From: Candidatus Eiseniibacteriota bacterium
Lineage (GTDB): Bacteria > Eisenbacteria > RBG-16-71-46
DNA length: 64,000 nt
Assembly: GCA_963744995.1 (NCBI GenBank)
Contig: CAVUWA010000003.1
Coordinates: 96,001 to 160,000, forward strand
Direction: 5' to 3'
Below the pieces are notes generated by a model that made no database searches, had not been told where the DNA came from, and saw only the letters and a program-made list of their open reading frames with translations. Numbering within the stretch: the stretch's first letter is position 1; each line of letters begins with the position of its first letter. Positions 36,315 to 44,800 of this stretch are shown here, one piece after another. The position numbers and the translations under genes were made by a program.

Positions 36315-39257
36315 CTAGCGGATGATGACGAACTTGCCACGCTGCGTCCCCTCTGACGATTCCACGGCGAACAGGTAGATGCCGCTGACCACATCCTGGC
36401 CATTGCGGCTGATCAGGTTCCAGCTGGCCTGCCCGTCGTTTGGATTGTCCTGCTGACGGTTGTACCCCGGGCGCGTCACGTCGTTGTCGTCCGTGATGTC
36501 CGAGCGGATGGATTGATTGACCGGATCGTCGTTGTGGATCACCTGCACGAGGTCACCGGATACCGTGAAAATCTTGATCGTGTAGGGCCCCGGCGGCAGG
36601 CCCATGAAGTCGATGTGCGTGCCCGTGGGGTCGGTGGCGTTCGGCGTCAGATCCCATGAGGAGGGGCGCTGGCTGATGTTGTTGAAGCCCCGGTACGGAT
36701 TGGGCACGACCCAGACGCTCTTGCCCTTGCGTACGCCGGCCTGCGGCGCCACGCCTTCCGCTTCGACCGCCGAGCGTTTGCCATGGAGCTCCACCTTGGT
36801 CCCGGTGACCGGAGTCCCGGTGGAATCGAATGCGGTCACCGAGTAGAAGTACAGGAAGCCGTTCTTCACCTCGTGATCGACGTAGCGGAACCTGCCGATC
36901 GGGTACTTGACCCGTTCCTCGGGGACGCACGCGGGTGACGTACCGAGCAGGCAGCCTTTCGACACCTCGCAGTTCGGGTACCCGATGCACTTCACCGAGG
37001 TGTCCGGACGGATGATGTCGCCGTTCTGCCGGTTCCACATGTCGCCCCGCTCGAGGCAGATCTCCACGCTGTCGGGTCCCACGACGCCCGTCACCGGATT
37101 CTTGTAGTTCGGAACCAGCACCCTGGGACAACTGCCGTCCGGGAGTCGATTGTTCTCGATGAAGGTGTTGTCGGCGGCACGCCTGTAGTTGAAGATCCGG
37201 TACTCGCCCACCAGCGACCAGTCGTCTTCACCCGGGCCCGGCGAACCGACCGGGCGGGTCCAGCCGGAAACCTTCCAGATCTGGTAGCCGCGATTGTCGA
37301 ACCAGTTGCTCTTGGGATCCTTGGTCGTGTCCGAGAGATTGTCCCATGCGAGCAGGATCGCACCATCCCCCGAGGGGATGGAAGTGCGATCGGGATTGTC
37401 CGTGTAGTTGTAGCCGACCGAGACGTTCAGGTTCGGATTGGGCGGTGGCGCTGCCGCGTTCCAGGTCTTGTGGAAGTACCCCTGACGTGTCGACCACTTG
37501 TACACGCCGGTGCAGTAGTCGCAGTCGAAGTCGAACCACGTGTACTCGCGGTCGTTCACCTGGCGCTGATTGCCCAGTGCCATGTCGCGGCAGTCGGCCA
37601 GGAACGTCGGTGGCTGACCGCGCTGCAGGCGTCTGGGCGTCTCCCGACCGTGGTAGTCGGTGAGAGGGTACCAATCGCGGAGCTCCCAGATGCCCTCGTA
37701 CGCCTCCTGCGCCGCCAGCGCGACGCCGAGCAGCGGGTACTTCTCCGCGAGCGCGCTCTGCGAGATCCCGCCGTTCCGGAAGTCACGGTAGTCGGCGGCG
37801 TACTTGAGGTCGTCCTGATACTTGCCGGGCGCGACCATGAACGCGTAGGTCACGGTGACCGAGCCGCCGTTGGGAACTTTGCGATAGGGCCCGACCGACG
37901 CCCACTGCGAGTAATCGCCCTTCTGATCGCCCGGAGCCTTGTTGATGAAGCCGAACTCCCGGCTGTTCGGGTCGTTGTCGATGCCTTCGGTGCCGGTGAT
38001 CAGCTCGAAACGTTCCTGGTCGATCGACGGGTTGCCGCCCTGAACGTACGGAGTCCCGAACGTGAACGAGCGGAACATGTGGAAGCCGGTGCGGCTCGGA
38101 CCCATCTGGCCGAGGGGGTCGACGGTGTTCGCGACCAGCAGCACCCCCGGGGTGCCCGTCGTCCGGTTGTCGTCCCCGTCGTCGTCCGCCTGCGCGAAGC
38201 CGTTCAGGCGCAGCGTGAGGAACGGACACAGCGGGCCGGGGCCGGCCGAGTTGTCCAGCGCCTTGTCGTGATCATCCTGACGGCGCGGGTCGTTGTTCGC
38301 CAGGTTCATGATGAATTCGCCGCTCGGAAAGCCGGGGATGTCGAAGTCGTCCTGGAAGTAGTCGCTCTTCTCCACCGGCCCGGCGTCCATGTCGGCCTGA
38401 ATTCCCACCGTGAGGCTGTCGAGCGTGTGGCCGGAAACGTTGATGATCCGCCACTCGATGACGTTGAAGTCCGTGAACCCGGGGATCGAATACGCCCAGG
38501 CCCGCTGCTCCGCCTTGAGGCCGAGCGGAATGTGCTTCTCGTTGCGCGCCACGTTGACCGCCTCGTCGGTGTCGTCGCGGATCACGCACGAGTACATCTG
38601 CTGACCGAGGGCGGCATGGTCCTCGTCGATCAGGCCGTCGCCATCGTTGTCGCGGCCGTCGAGGAAGTCCTCGTCCACCTTCGGCTTGTCTTCGGTGTCG
38701 AAGTCGCCGTCGTCATTCACGAATCGGGCGCCGTTGATGATGCCGTCGTAGGCTCGATACATGCGGTCCTCGAGCTCGATGGTCGGCGGCCGCCACTCGG
38801 TGGCGAAGCTCACCCGCCGCACGGCCTTGGGATCCGTCGCGAAGTTGTTCACCGCCCCCACCGCGAGTCCGAAGAAGTTCAGATACTCGATGCCGGACGA
38901 GCCGGGCCACTGCCCCGACGGGTCGCTCGAAAGGTTCGTGAACGGATTTCCGCAGAAGCCGAAATTGGTGACCTTCATGAAGATGTTGCCGACGGTCAGC
39001 ACGGCGCCCGGCCCGAAGATGTCGGGAACGTCCGTCGGCTGCACGCGGCCATTGCCCCAGTCGGCCCGGTCGGCAGCCCGCTGGGCCGCCATCTGCGGGC
39101 CGTAGTCGATCATGATCTGATCGATCTCGGACTGCTCGAGCCCCGGGATCTGTTTCTTGAGCTGGACCTCTGCGGCGGCCGGCGCCGCCAGGGCGGCGGC
39201 GAAGACCAGGGCGCAGGCCAGCGGCGCGGTTCGATTCCAGAAAGAAGCGTTCGTCAT
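36315..39257 (-). CDS. Large secreted protein (980 aa) with T9SS-CTD-like C-terminus, function unknown
   Basis: Signal peptide; WPGSSGIEYL; DGRDNDGDGLIDED; FN3-like segments; C-terminal VVPNPY...IKIFTVSGDLV...WNLISRNGQDVVSGIYLFAVE...GKFVIIR. Confidence 0.8.
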   Translation of the reverse strand: MTNASFWNRTAPLACALVFAAALAAPAAAEVQLKKQIPGLEQSEIDQIMIDYGPQMAAQRAADRADWGNGRVQPTDVPDIFGPGAVLTVGNIFMKVTNFGFCGNPFTNLSSDPSGQWPGSSGIEYLNFFGLAVGAVNNFATDPKAVRRVSFATEWRPPTIELEDRMYRAYDGIINGARFVNDDGDFDTEDKPKVDEDFLDGRDNDGDGLIDEDHAALGQQMYSCVIRDDTDEAVNVARNEKHIPLGLKAEQRAWAYSIPGFTDFNVIEWRIINVSGHTLDSLTVGIQADMDAGPVEKSDYFQDDFDIPGFPSGEFIMNLANNDPRRQDDHDKALDNSAGPGPLCPFLTLRLNGFAQADDDGDDNRTTGTPGVLLVANTVDPLGQMGPSRTGFHMFRSFTFGTPYVQGGNPSIDQERFELITGTEGIDNDPNSREFGFINKAPGDQKGDYSQWASVGPYRKVPNGGSVTVTYAFMVAPGKYQDDLKYAADYRDFRNGGISQSALAEKYPLLGVALAAQEAYEGIWELRDWYPLTDYHGRETPRRLQRGQPPTFLADCRDMALGNQRQVNDREYTWFDFDCDYCTGVYKWSTRQGYFHKTWNAAAPPPNPNLNVSVGYNYTDNPDRTSIPSGDGAILLAWDNLSDTTKDPKSNWFDNRGYQIWKVSGWTRPVGSPGPGEDDWSLVGEYRIFNYRRAADNTFIENNRLPDGSCPRVLVPNYKNPVTGVVGPDSVEICLERGDMWNRQNGDIIRPDTSVKCIGYPNCEVSKGCLLGTSPACVPEERVKYPIGRFRYVDHEVKNGFLYFYSVTAFDSTGTPVTGTKVELHGKRSAVEAEGVAPQAGVRKGKSVWVVPNPYRGFNNISQRPSSWDLTPNATDPTGTHIDFMGLPPGPYTIKIFTVSGDLVQVIHNDDPVNQSIRSDITDDNDVTRPGYNRQQDNPNDGQASWNLISRNGQDVVSGIYLFAVESSEGTQRGKFVIIR

Positions 39258-39275
39258 GACCGGGTCTCTCCCGCG

Positions 39276-41999
39276 CTAGAAGGTGATGCTCACGCCCATG
39301 CGCACGTTACGGCCTTCGGCGAAGACGCGAGGATCGTTGACGGGCACCCAGTCGAGGATGCCGTCGCCATTGGTGTCCTGGAGATACGCACCTCCCGCAC
39401 GGCCGGTCTCCGTGTAGTAGATGAGGTACTCGTCTCCTGAATTGTTCACGAACGGGTTCGGGAACGTCGCCTGCGACAGCGCCTGAATGTTCTTCGCGTC
39501 GAGCACGTTGCGCGCGTCGAAGAACACCGTGACGTTCTGCCCCCACACCTTGAAGTACTTGTCGCCGTCCAGCGTCAGCGTCGCGTCCGACGGCAGGCGC
39601 CGCGAGTTGTTGAGCACCGGGTCCGGGCGGCGATCGTTGCGGAACGCAGGCGTGAACGGGAAGCCCGAGCCGTACTGCCAGAGGAGCCGCAGGCCCCACT
39701 TACCCGGGTCGCGGATCACGCCCTGAACGCTGACCGTGTGGCGCTGATCCCAGTCGAGCGGCTGCTCGGAAATCGGCAGGTAGAGCTGGCCGCCGTTGAA
39801 GAACTGCAGCGCCGAGTTCGGATTCGAAGCCACGCCGGTCGCCAGCGAGAACGTGTAGTTGACCTCGGCCGAGAACTTGTGGCTGAAGCTCTTGGTGAGG
39901 CTGGCCTCGAAGCCGCGCGAGCTGGCGTAGTCGCCGTTGACGTAGAACGGCACGGTGTTGCCGAACTCGTCGATCGTCTGCCGCGTGGTGATGAGGCCGT
40001 AGATGTCCTTGAAGAACACCGAGAACTGGCCCGACACATCGCGCGAGAACAGGTGCTGGACACCGGCCTGATACGCGATGTTGGTCTCGGGCTCGAGGTC
40101 CGGATTGCCGCGGATCGCCACCGCGCTGTTGACCTGCCGGTTCTCGAACACGAAGTTGCGCGCCGGCGTCTGGTAGGTCCAGCCGTAGTGGAAGCTCAGC
40201 ACGTCCTTGTCCGAGATCGGGTAGGCGATGCCGAGACGCGGGCTGAACTGCTTCTTGTAGCGATTGCCGCTCGGCAGATCCGCGTCATCGATCTGCGGCC
40301 CCGGGGTGAAGATGTCGTAGCGGATTCCGGCGTTGAGGACCAGACCCTCGAATTCCCAGCGGTCCTGGACGTAACCCGCACCCTCGGGATTGAAGTTGAT
40401 GTAGTCCGAGCGCGTCCCGCCGGGCAGACCGTTGTTCTCGGAATTCGGCAGGGTCAGGCTCAGGTTCTGGACCCGGTTGTACTTGAAGTCGAAGCCGGTC
40501 TTGAACGTGTGGGCCTTCCAGCGCCGGGTCGAGAAGTCCGACTTCACCGTCCACGTCGTCGCGTCACGCTTGAAGTACGTCGGGAAATCGCCGTGCGTCG
40601 CGTAGAACAGGTTGTTCTCGGTGCCGAGGTCGGTGTTGCCGCTCCAGTAGTTCGGGCTCTGCGTGTCGTACTCCCACGGCTCCTTGCCGCCGACCGAATT
40701 GCGCGTGTCGAACGTGAACTGCGAGACGCGCGTCGTCAGCACGGTCTTGTCGGAGATCTGATCCGTCCACACACCGGTGAACTGCTGGTAGCGGTCGTTC
40801 AGGGTCGGCACGTGATCCGGCATGTTGATCGGCATGTAGCTGCTGTCCACCTGCGTCGCCGACCAGGTGCCGTAGCGCGGCGTGTACGAGTCGGGCTGGC
40901 CCGCCGTGCGCACGGTGTCGTAGTTCACCTTCACGTAGCCCTTACGGCTCCACATGTGGTTGTACGGCGTGTTGATCGTCCGGTTGTTGACCGTCTCGAA
41001 CGTGATCTTGTGGTGCGTGTTCGGCCGGTACGCCAGCTTAACGTTGGTGTTCACCTGATTGCTCTGACGGTTGCCGAGCTGGATGAACTCGAGCAGCGTC
41101 CGGCGCGGCTTGGTGAGGCTCGTCGCCAGGTAGGTGTCCGAGAACGAACCCTCGTACGTCGCGAAGTAGGTGAGGTTCTTGATCGGGGTCGGGCCGCCGA
41201 AACCGAACGTGAAGCGGTCGTAATTGTTGAAGGTCTTGGTCGGGTCGCCGTAGCGGTCCGTGTCCCAGCGGACCTCGCCGCCGAAGCGGTCGGTGCCTTC
41301 CTTGGTGCTCACGCTGACCACGCCCGAGAGGGCATTGCCGTATTCGGCGTCGAAGCCTCCCGATAGGATCTCCGTGCCGGCCACCGCAAGGTTGGCGATG
41401 TTGGCGTTGCGGCCGAACATCGGATCGGACACCTCGACCCCGTCGAACTGGAACTTCACCTCGCCCGAGCGGCCGCCGCGGAAGTGCAGGTTGCCGTTCT
41501 GGGCGACGACGCCGGCCTTCACGGCCACGGCGTCGCGCAGGTTGTCGACCGGCAGCTCCTTGAGCTGCTCCGCGGAGATGTGCTGCTTGGTCTCGGAAGA
41601 CTTGACGTCGATCCGCCGTTCGGCGGTGACGACGATTTCTTCGAGCTCCTTGGCCACCTTCTCCTGCGCGAAGTCGATCGTGGCGACGGCGTTCCCGCCG
41701 GCCGTGACCGTGACCGTCACGGTCTTCTCTCCGTGCGCGACCGACGAGGCGGTGACTTCGTGGGTGCCGGGAGGAATGCCGATGAGCACGACCTTGCCGT
41801 TCTCGTCGGTGAGTCCACCGCGCTTCAACTCTTTGATCACGACGTTGGCGTAGGACACCGGGGTCGTGCCGTGCTCCGTCACCGTCACCGTGATCCTGCC
41901 GGTAGTTTTGGAATCCTGGGCAATCGTGGGGGAAGCCAGGAGTAGGCCCAGCAGAGCGAACAGGGCCTTGGCTGGGAAGCGCCTGCCTTCACGGAACAT
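39276..41999 (-). CDS. TonB-dependent-receptor-like protein with N-terminal carboxypeptidase-regulatory-like domain
   Basis: TDENGKV..IPPGT; EEIVVTA TonB-box-like; plug HFRGGRSGEV..DGV, SGGFDAEYGNALSGVV; FSPRLGIAYPI; GNPDLEPE; C-terminal MGVSITF. Confidence 0.9.
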   Translation of the reverse strand: MFREGRRFPAKALFALLGLLLASPTIAQDSKTTGRITVTVTEHGTTPVSYANVVIKELKRGGLTDENGKVVLIGIPPGTHEVTASSVAHGEKTVTVTVTAGGNAVATIDFAQEKVAKELEEIVVTAERRIDVKSSETKQHISAEQLKELPVDNLRDAVAVKAGVVAQNGNLHFRGGRSGEVKFQFDGVEVSDPMFGRNANIANLAVAGTEILSGGFDAEYGNALSGVVSVSTKEGTDRFGGEVRWDTDRYGDPTKTFNNYDRFTFGFGGPTPIKNLTYFATYEGSFSDTYLATSLTKPRRTLLEFIQLGNRQSNQVNTNVKLAYRPNTHHKITFETVNNRTINTPYNHMWSRKGYVKVNYDTVRTAGQPDSYTPRYGTWSATQVDSSYMPINMPDHVPTLNDRYQQFTGVWTDQISDKTVLTTRVSQFTFDTRNSVGGKEPWEYDTQSPNYWSGNTDLGTENNLFYATHGDFPTYFKRDATTWTVKSDFSTRRWKAHTFKTGFDFKYNRVQNLSLTLPNSENNGLPGGTRSDYINFNPEGAGYVQDRWEFEGLVLNAGIRYDIFTPGPQIDDADLPSGNRYKKQFSPRLGIAYPISDKDVLSFHYGWTYQTPARNFVFENRQVNSAVAIRGNPDLEPETNIAYQAGVQHLFSRDVSGQFSVFFKDIYGLITTRQTIDEFGNTVPFYVNGDYASSRGFEASLTKSFSHKFSAEVNYTFSLATGVASNPNSALQFFNGGQLYLPISEQPLDWDQRHTVSVQGVIRDPGKWGLRLLWQYGSGFPFTPAFRNDRRPDPVLNNSRRLPSDATLTLDGDKYFKVWGQNVTVFFDARNVLDAKNIQALSQATFPNPFVNNSGDEYLIYYTETGRAGGAYLQDTNGDGILDWVPVNDPRVFAEGRNVRMGVSITF

Positions 42000-42054
42000 G
42001 CGTCTCTACCCCTCCGATGGGAAGCAGCCTTGCGACCACGATGCGAACCGGGGA

Positions 42055-42083
42055 ACGATGCCAACCCGCGGGTTCGCTGTCAA
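42055..42083 (-). promoter_or_regulatory. Proximal sigma70-type promoter of the TBDR operon
   Basis: TTGACA-17 nt-(TG-G)CATCGT. Confidence 0.5.
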
Positions 42084-42278
42084 CGGATTTCACCGCACAA
42101 CTCGTTAGTCTGAGCGAGGTTGTACGGGATACCACGACTCGACTCGATGCCGTACGCCAGCGTCGCGCGTACTGTTGCGCCGTCCCGATCGCGATGTCTC
42201 TTGGGGGGAGAATCCGGACAAGAATGGCACCTGCGGGCATGCCGCTGGACGGCGGTGCCTTACGCCCAGTCACCAGTC

Positions 42279-42307
42279 AATATCGGCCGGAAGACCGTTT
42301 GTGTCAA
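42279..42307 (-). promoter_or_regulatory. Distal sigma70-type promoter upstream of the TBDR operon
   Basis: TTGACA-17 nt-GATATT. Confidence 0.45.
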
Positions 42308-42365
42308 GACTTAATGTCCTTTTCCACCGCCGGTTCGTCCCCTTCCAGCGCCCCGACCCGGACGC

Positions 42366-43994
42366 CTAGAGGCTCCACCTCACCTGCGCGTTGAACTGGT
42401 TGCGAGAGCCGCGCGTGCCGGTCGGATCCGGATAGTCGCCCCGGAACCATTCGAGCGCGTAGCCCGATTCGATCACCCACGAACGGCCCGGCGGTCGGAG
42501 TCCGAACCCCGCCGTCAGCACGTTCGCGACGTATTCGTTGTTGAGCGTCAGGTCGTCCCGGTCGTCGGAGCGGTAGATGAACCCGCCGCGCCAGGTCAGC
42601 ACCTCGCCGAGCGGCATTTCGATGCCCGTGCGCACGTCCCATACGATCCGCTTCGGCCCTTCGCCCGCGATGAGCTGCTCGTTGTCCGCCTGCGCCGCAT
42701 GGTACTCCACGCCGATCAGCGCACCGCGCCAGGGGGTCTGCCAGGACGCTCCGAGACCGGCCTCCCAGGTACGGCGCTCGATCTCGTTGGCGACCACGCT
42801 GTCCGGCAGGAAGATCGAATCGGAGTTCTGACGCATGAAGGTGATGTTGCGGAAATAGTTGAACGAAGTGAGATCGAGCGGATCGGGCGGGGTGATCGTG
42901 GTCTTGCGGTGGCCCACGTTGAAGCTGCCGCCGAGCTCGATCGGGCCCGAGAACAGACGCACCCGCGTGCGCAGAGCCTCGCCCTTCTCCTCGCGCTCGA
43001 GCAGCTTGCCGCGGCCAGTCAGCGCGATCGCCCCCTGTCCGGCCGAAATCGTGAACCGCCACGTCTGTTCCGACGTCGCCTGCCACAGCCGGCCGTCGGC
43101 GATCCATTCGAGGTGCGAGCCGATCATGCCCTTGAGGACGGCCTGCCCCTGAAGGGTCGGGCGGTCTTCGTCGATGAAGGTGCCGTGGCGCAGCCCGATG
43201 TTCTCGCTGCGGACCTGGCTCTTGAGCGCATCGAAGCCGACGCCGACGCGCAGCCAGGACGCCGCTTCATAGCGCGCCGAAGCGCCGATGCCGGTCGTCG
43301 AGATCTTGGTCTCGAGCGGTGTGAACAGATCGGGGGCCTGCAGCAGCGTGCCGTCGCGATCGATGTACTCGCCGAACGGATCCTGGGAGAAATCGCGGTA
43401 CTCCTGATGCAGGTTCTCCAGCGAATAGAAGCCGCGTAGTCCGTAGCGCATCCGGTCCGAAAAGACGAACGGCATCGGGCCGTTGATCGCCGGCATGACC
43501 AGCGGGCGGCTGAACTGGTCGCGCTGCTCGACGTTCTGCGAGAACGGCTGGTCGGTGCGCAGCATGTCGAAGTCGCCGACCAGGCCGAACGCCGTCTGTC
43601 CCTTCGCGCGCCGCCACGCCTCGACACCCATGAGCATGTCACGCGCCGCCTGCGACTGGCGGGTCCGGCTGCCGCCGAGGATGTCATGGACCGTGGATGT
43701 CGCTGCGGTCGCCGGACGGATCTCCACCACCGAAACCGAATCGGCGTCGCCAAGGCCCGCGGGCATCTGCGCGAAATCCCAGAGCGTCAGCGCATTGTTG
43801 CTCTCGGGAATCACCAGGGTCAGGCGTCCCATGCCGAGGAGCCGCGGGCTGCGGACGGTCGCATCGGTCAGCATCTCCTGCGATGCGCGCGACTCGTCCA
43901 GGAACGTCTGGGCCTGCACGACGCTCACCCCGGAGGGCACAACCGCATATAGGGCCAGAAACGCGCTCAGTCGAACCCAGCGCGAAGGGCTCAT
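42366..43994 (-). CDS. Hypothetical outer-membrane beta-barrel protein
   Basis: Signal peptide; N-terminal RSPRLLGMG (recalls the xARxxGMG motif of FadL/PorV-type barrels); amphipathic strands; ends NQFNAQVRWSL; AAGGAG RBS before ATG 43994. Confidence 0.7.
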   Translation of the reverse strand: MSPSRWVRLSAFLALYAVVPSGVSVVQAQTFLDESRASQEMLTDATVRSPRLLGMGRLTLVIPESNNALTLWDFAQMPAGLGDADSVSVVEIRPATAATSTVHDILGGSRTRQSQAARDMLMGVEAWRRAKGQTAFGLVGDFDMLRTDQPFSQNVEQRDQFSRPLVMPAINGPMPFVFSDRMRYGLRGFYSLENLHQEYRDFSQDPFGEYIDRDGTLLQAPDLFTPLETKISTTGIGASARYEAASWLRVGVGFDALKSQVRSENIGLRHGTFIDEDRPTLQGQAVLKGMIGSHLEWIADGRLWQATSEQTWRFTISAGQGAIALTGRGKLLEREEKGEALRTRVRLFSGPIELGGSFNVGHRKTTITPPDPLDLTSFNYFRNITFMRQNSDSIFLPDSVVANEIERRTWEAGLGASWQTPWRGALIGVEYHAAQADNEQLIAGEGPKRIVWDVRTGIEMPLGEVLTWRGGFIYRSDDRDDLTLNNEYVANVLTAGFGLRPPGRSWVIESGYALEWFRGDYPDPTGTRGSRNQFNAQVRWSL

Positions 43995-44113
43995 TCCGAC
44001 TCCTTTCAGCCTTTTTCGGTACGGAGAGTCCATCACCGTGCGGAGGATGTGAATCTCCCGCCATCCGGCGAAAGTGCGCGCGGTCAACGAGGTGCGCGAT
44101 GCACGGAGGAGCG

Positions 44114-44142
44114 ATACTAGGAATGCGTCAGCACAGTGTCAA
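44114..44142 (-). promoter_or_regulatory. Near-consensus sigma70 promoter overlapping the mpg 3' end
   Basis: TTGACA-17 nt-TAGTAT. Confidence 0.7.
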
Positions 44143-44800
44143 CAGGAGATCTGCCCGCCTGCGGTCGCTTTCGGCCACGCCGGCGAGCCTCGCGGTCGGG
44201 CCCCGAAGATCGCGCCCCGGATACCGAAGGATGTCCTTCGAGGCGGAACCGCCATGGCCGGTCCGCGGCGCGCCGGATGCCGATGCGCGGCCCGGCGACG
44301 ATCCGCCGGACGCCGCGCGCCGCAGGCGACGCGTCCACCCAGAGCGGACCGCGGACGAGATCGGCGCCGTTCATGTCGAGCGCGATCCCGAGCCCGCGGG
44401 TGAGGCACCCGGGACCACTCAACAGGCGGTGATCGGGAGTCCCGGGGCGCGCGGCGCGCATGGCGTCGAGCCCCTCCAGCGGTTCGAGCGCGCGCAGCAG
44501 CACCGCCGCCGCGCCGCCCTCCGGTTCGGCCACCAGATTCATGCACGCGTGCATGCCGTAGGACAGATACACGTACACATGCGCCGGAGGGCCGAACATG
44601 ATGGCGCTCCTCGGCGTCGGGCCGCGATGCGCGTGACTCGCCGGATCATGCCGGCCGCGATAGGCCTCGACCTCGACGATGCGTCCCGCGCGGCGGCCGG
44701 CCGGACCGTCGTAGACGAGCCGGCGCCCGAGCAGCCCGCGCGCGACGACCAGCACGTGGCGGCCGAACCAGGCGCGCCCGAGGCGTTTCCCGCCGGCCAT
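44117..44800 (-). CDS. mpg: DNA-3-methyladenine glycosylase (AAG/MPG family)
   Basis: RIVEVEAY, DPASH, YVYLSYGMHACMN, VLLRALEP, SGPG, RIGI, PWRF. Confidence 0.92.
   Translation of the reverse strand: MAGGKRLGRAWFGRHVLVVARGLLGRRLVYDGPAGRRAGRIVEVEAYRGRHDPASHAHRGPTPRSAIMFGPPAHVYVYLSYGMHACMNLVAEPEGGAAAVLLRALEPLEGLDAMRAARPGTPDHRLLSGPGCLTRGLGIALDMNGADLVRGPLWVDASPAARGVRRIVAGPRIGIRRAADRPWRFRLEGHPSVSGARSSGPDREARRRGRKRPQAGRSPVDTVLTHS

Noticed and set aside
42084..42278. Cobalamin or TPP riboswitch upstream of the TBDR
   Set aside because: Core conserved motifs (B12 box, GCCACTG, CTGAGA) were not found by eye; kept only as an unassigned structured spacer.
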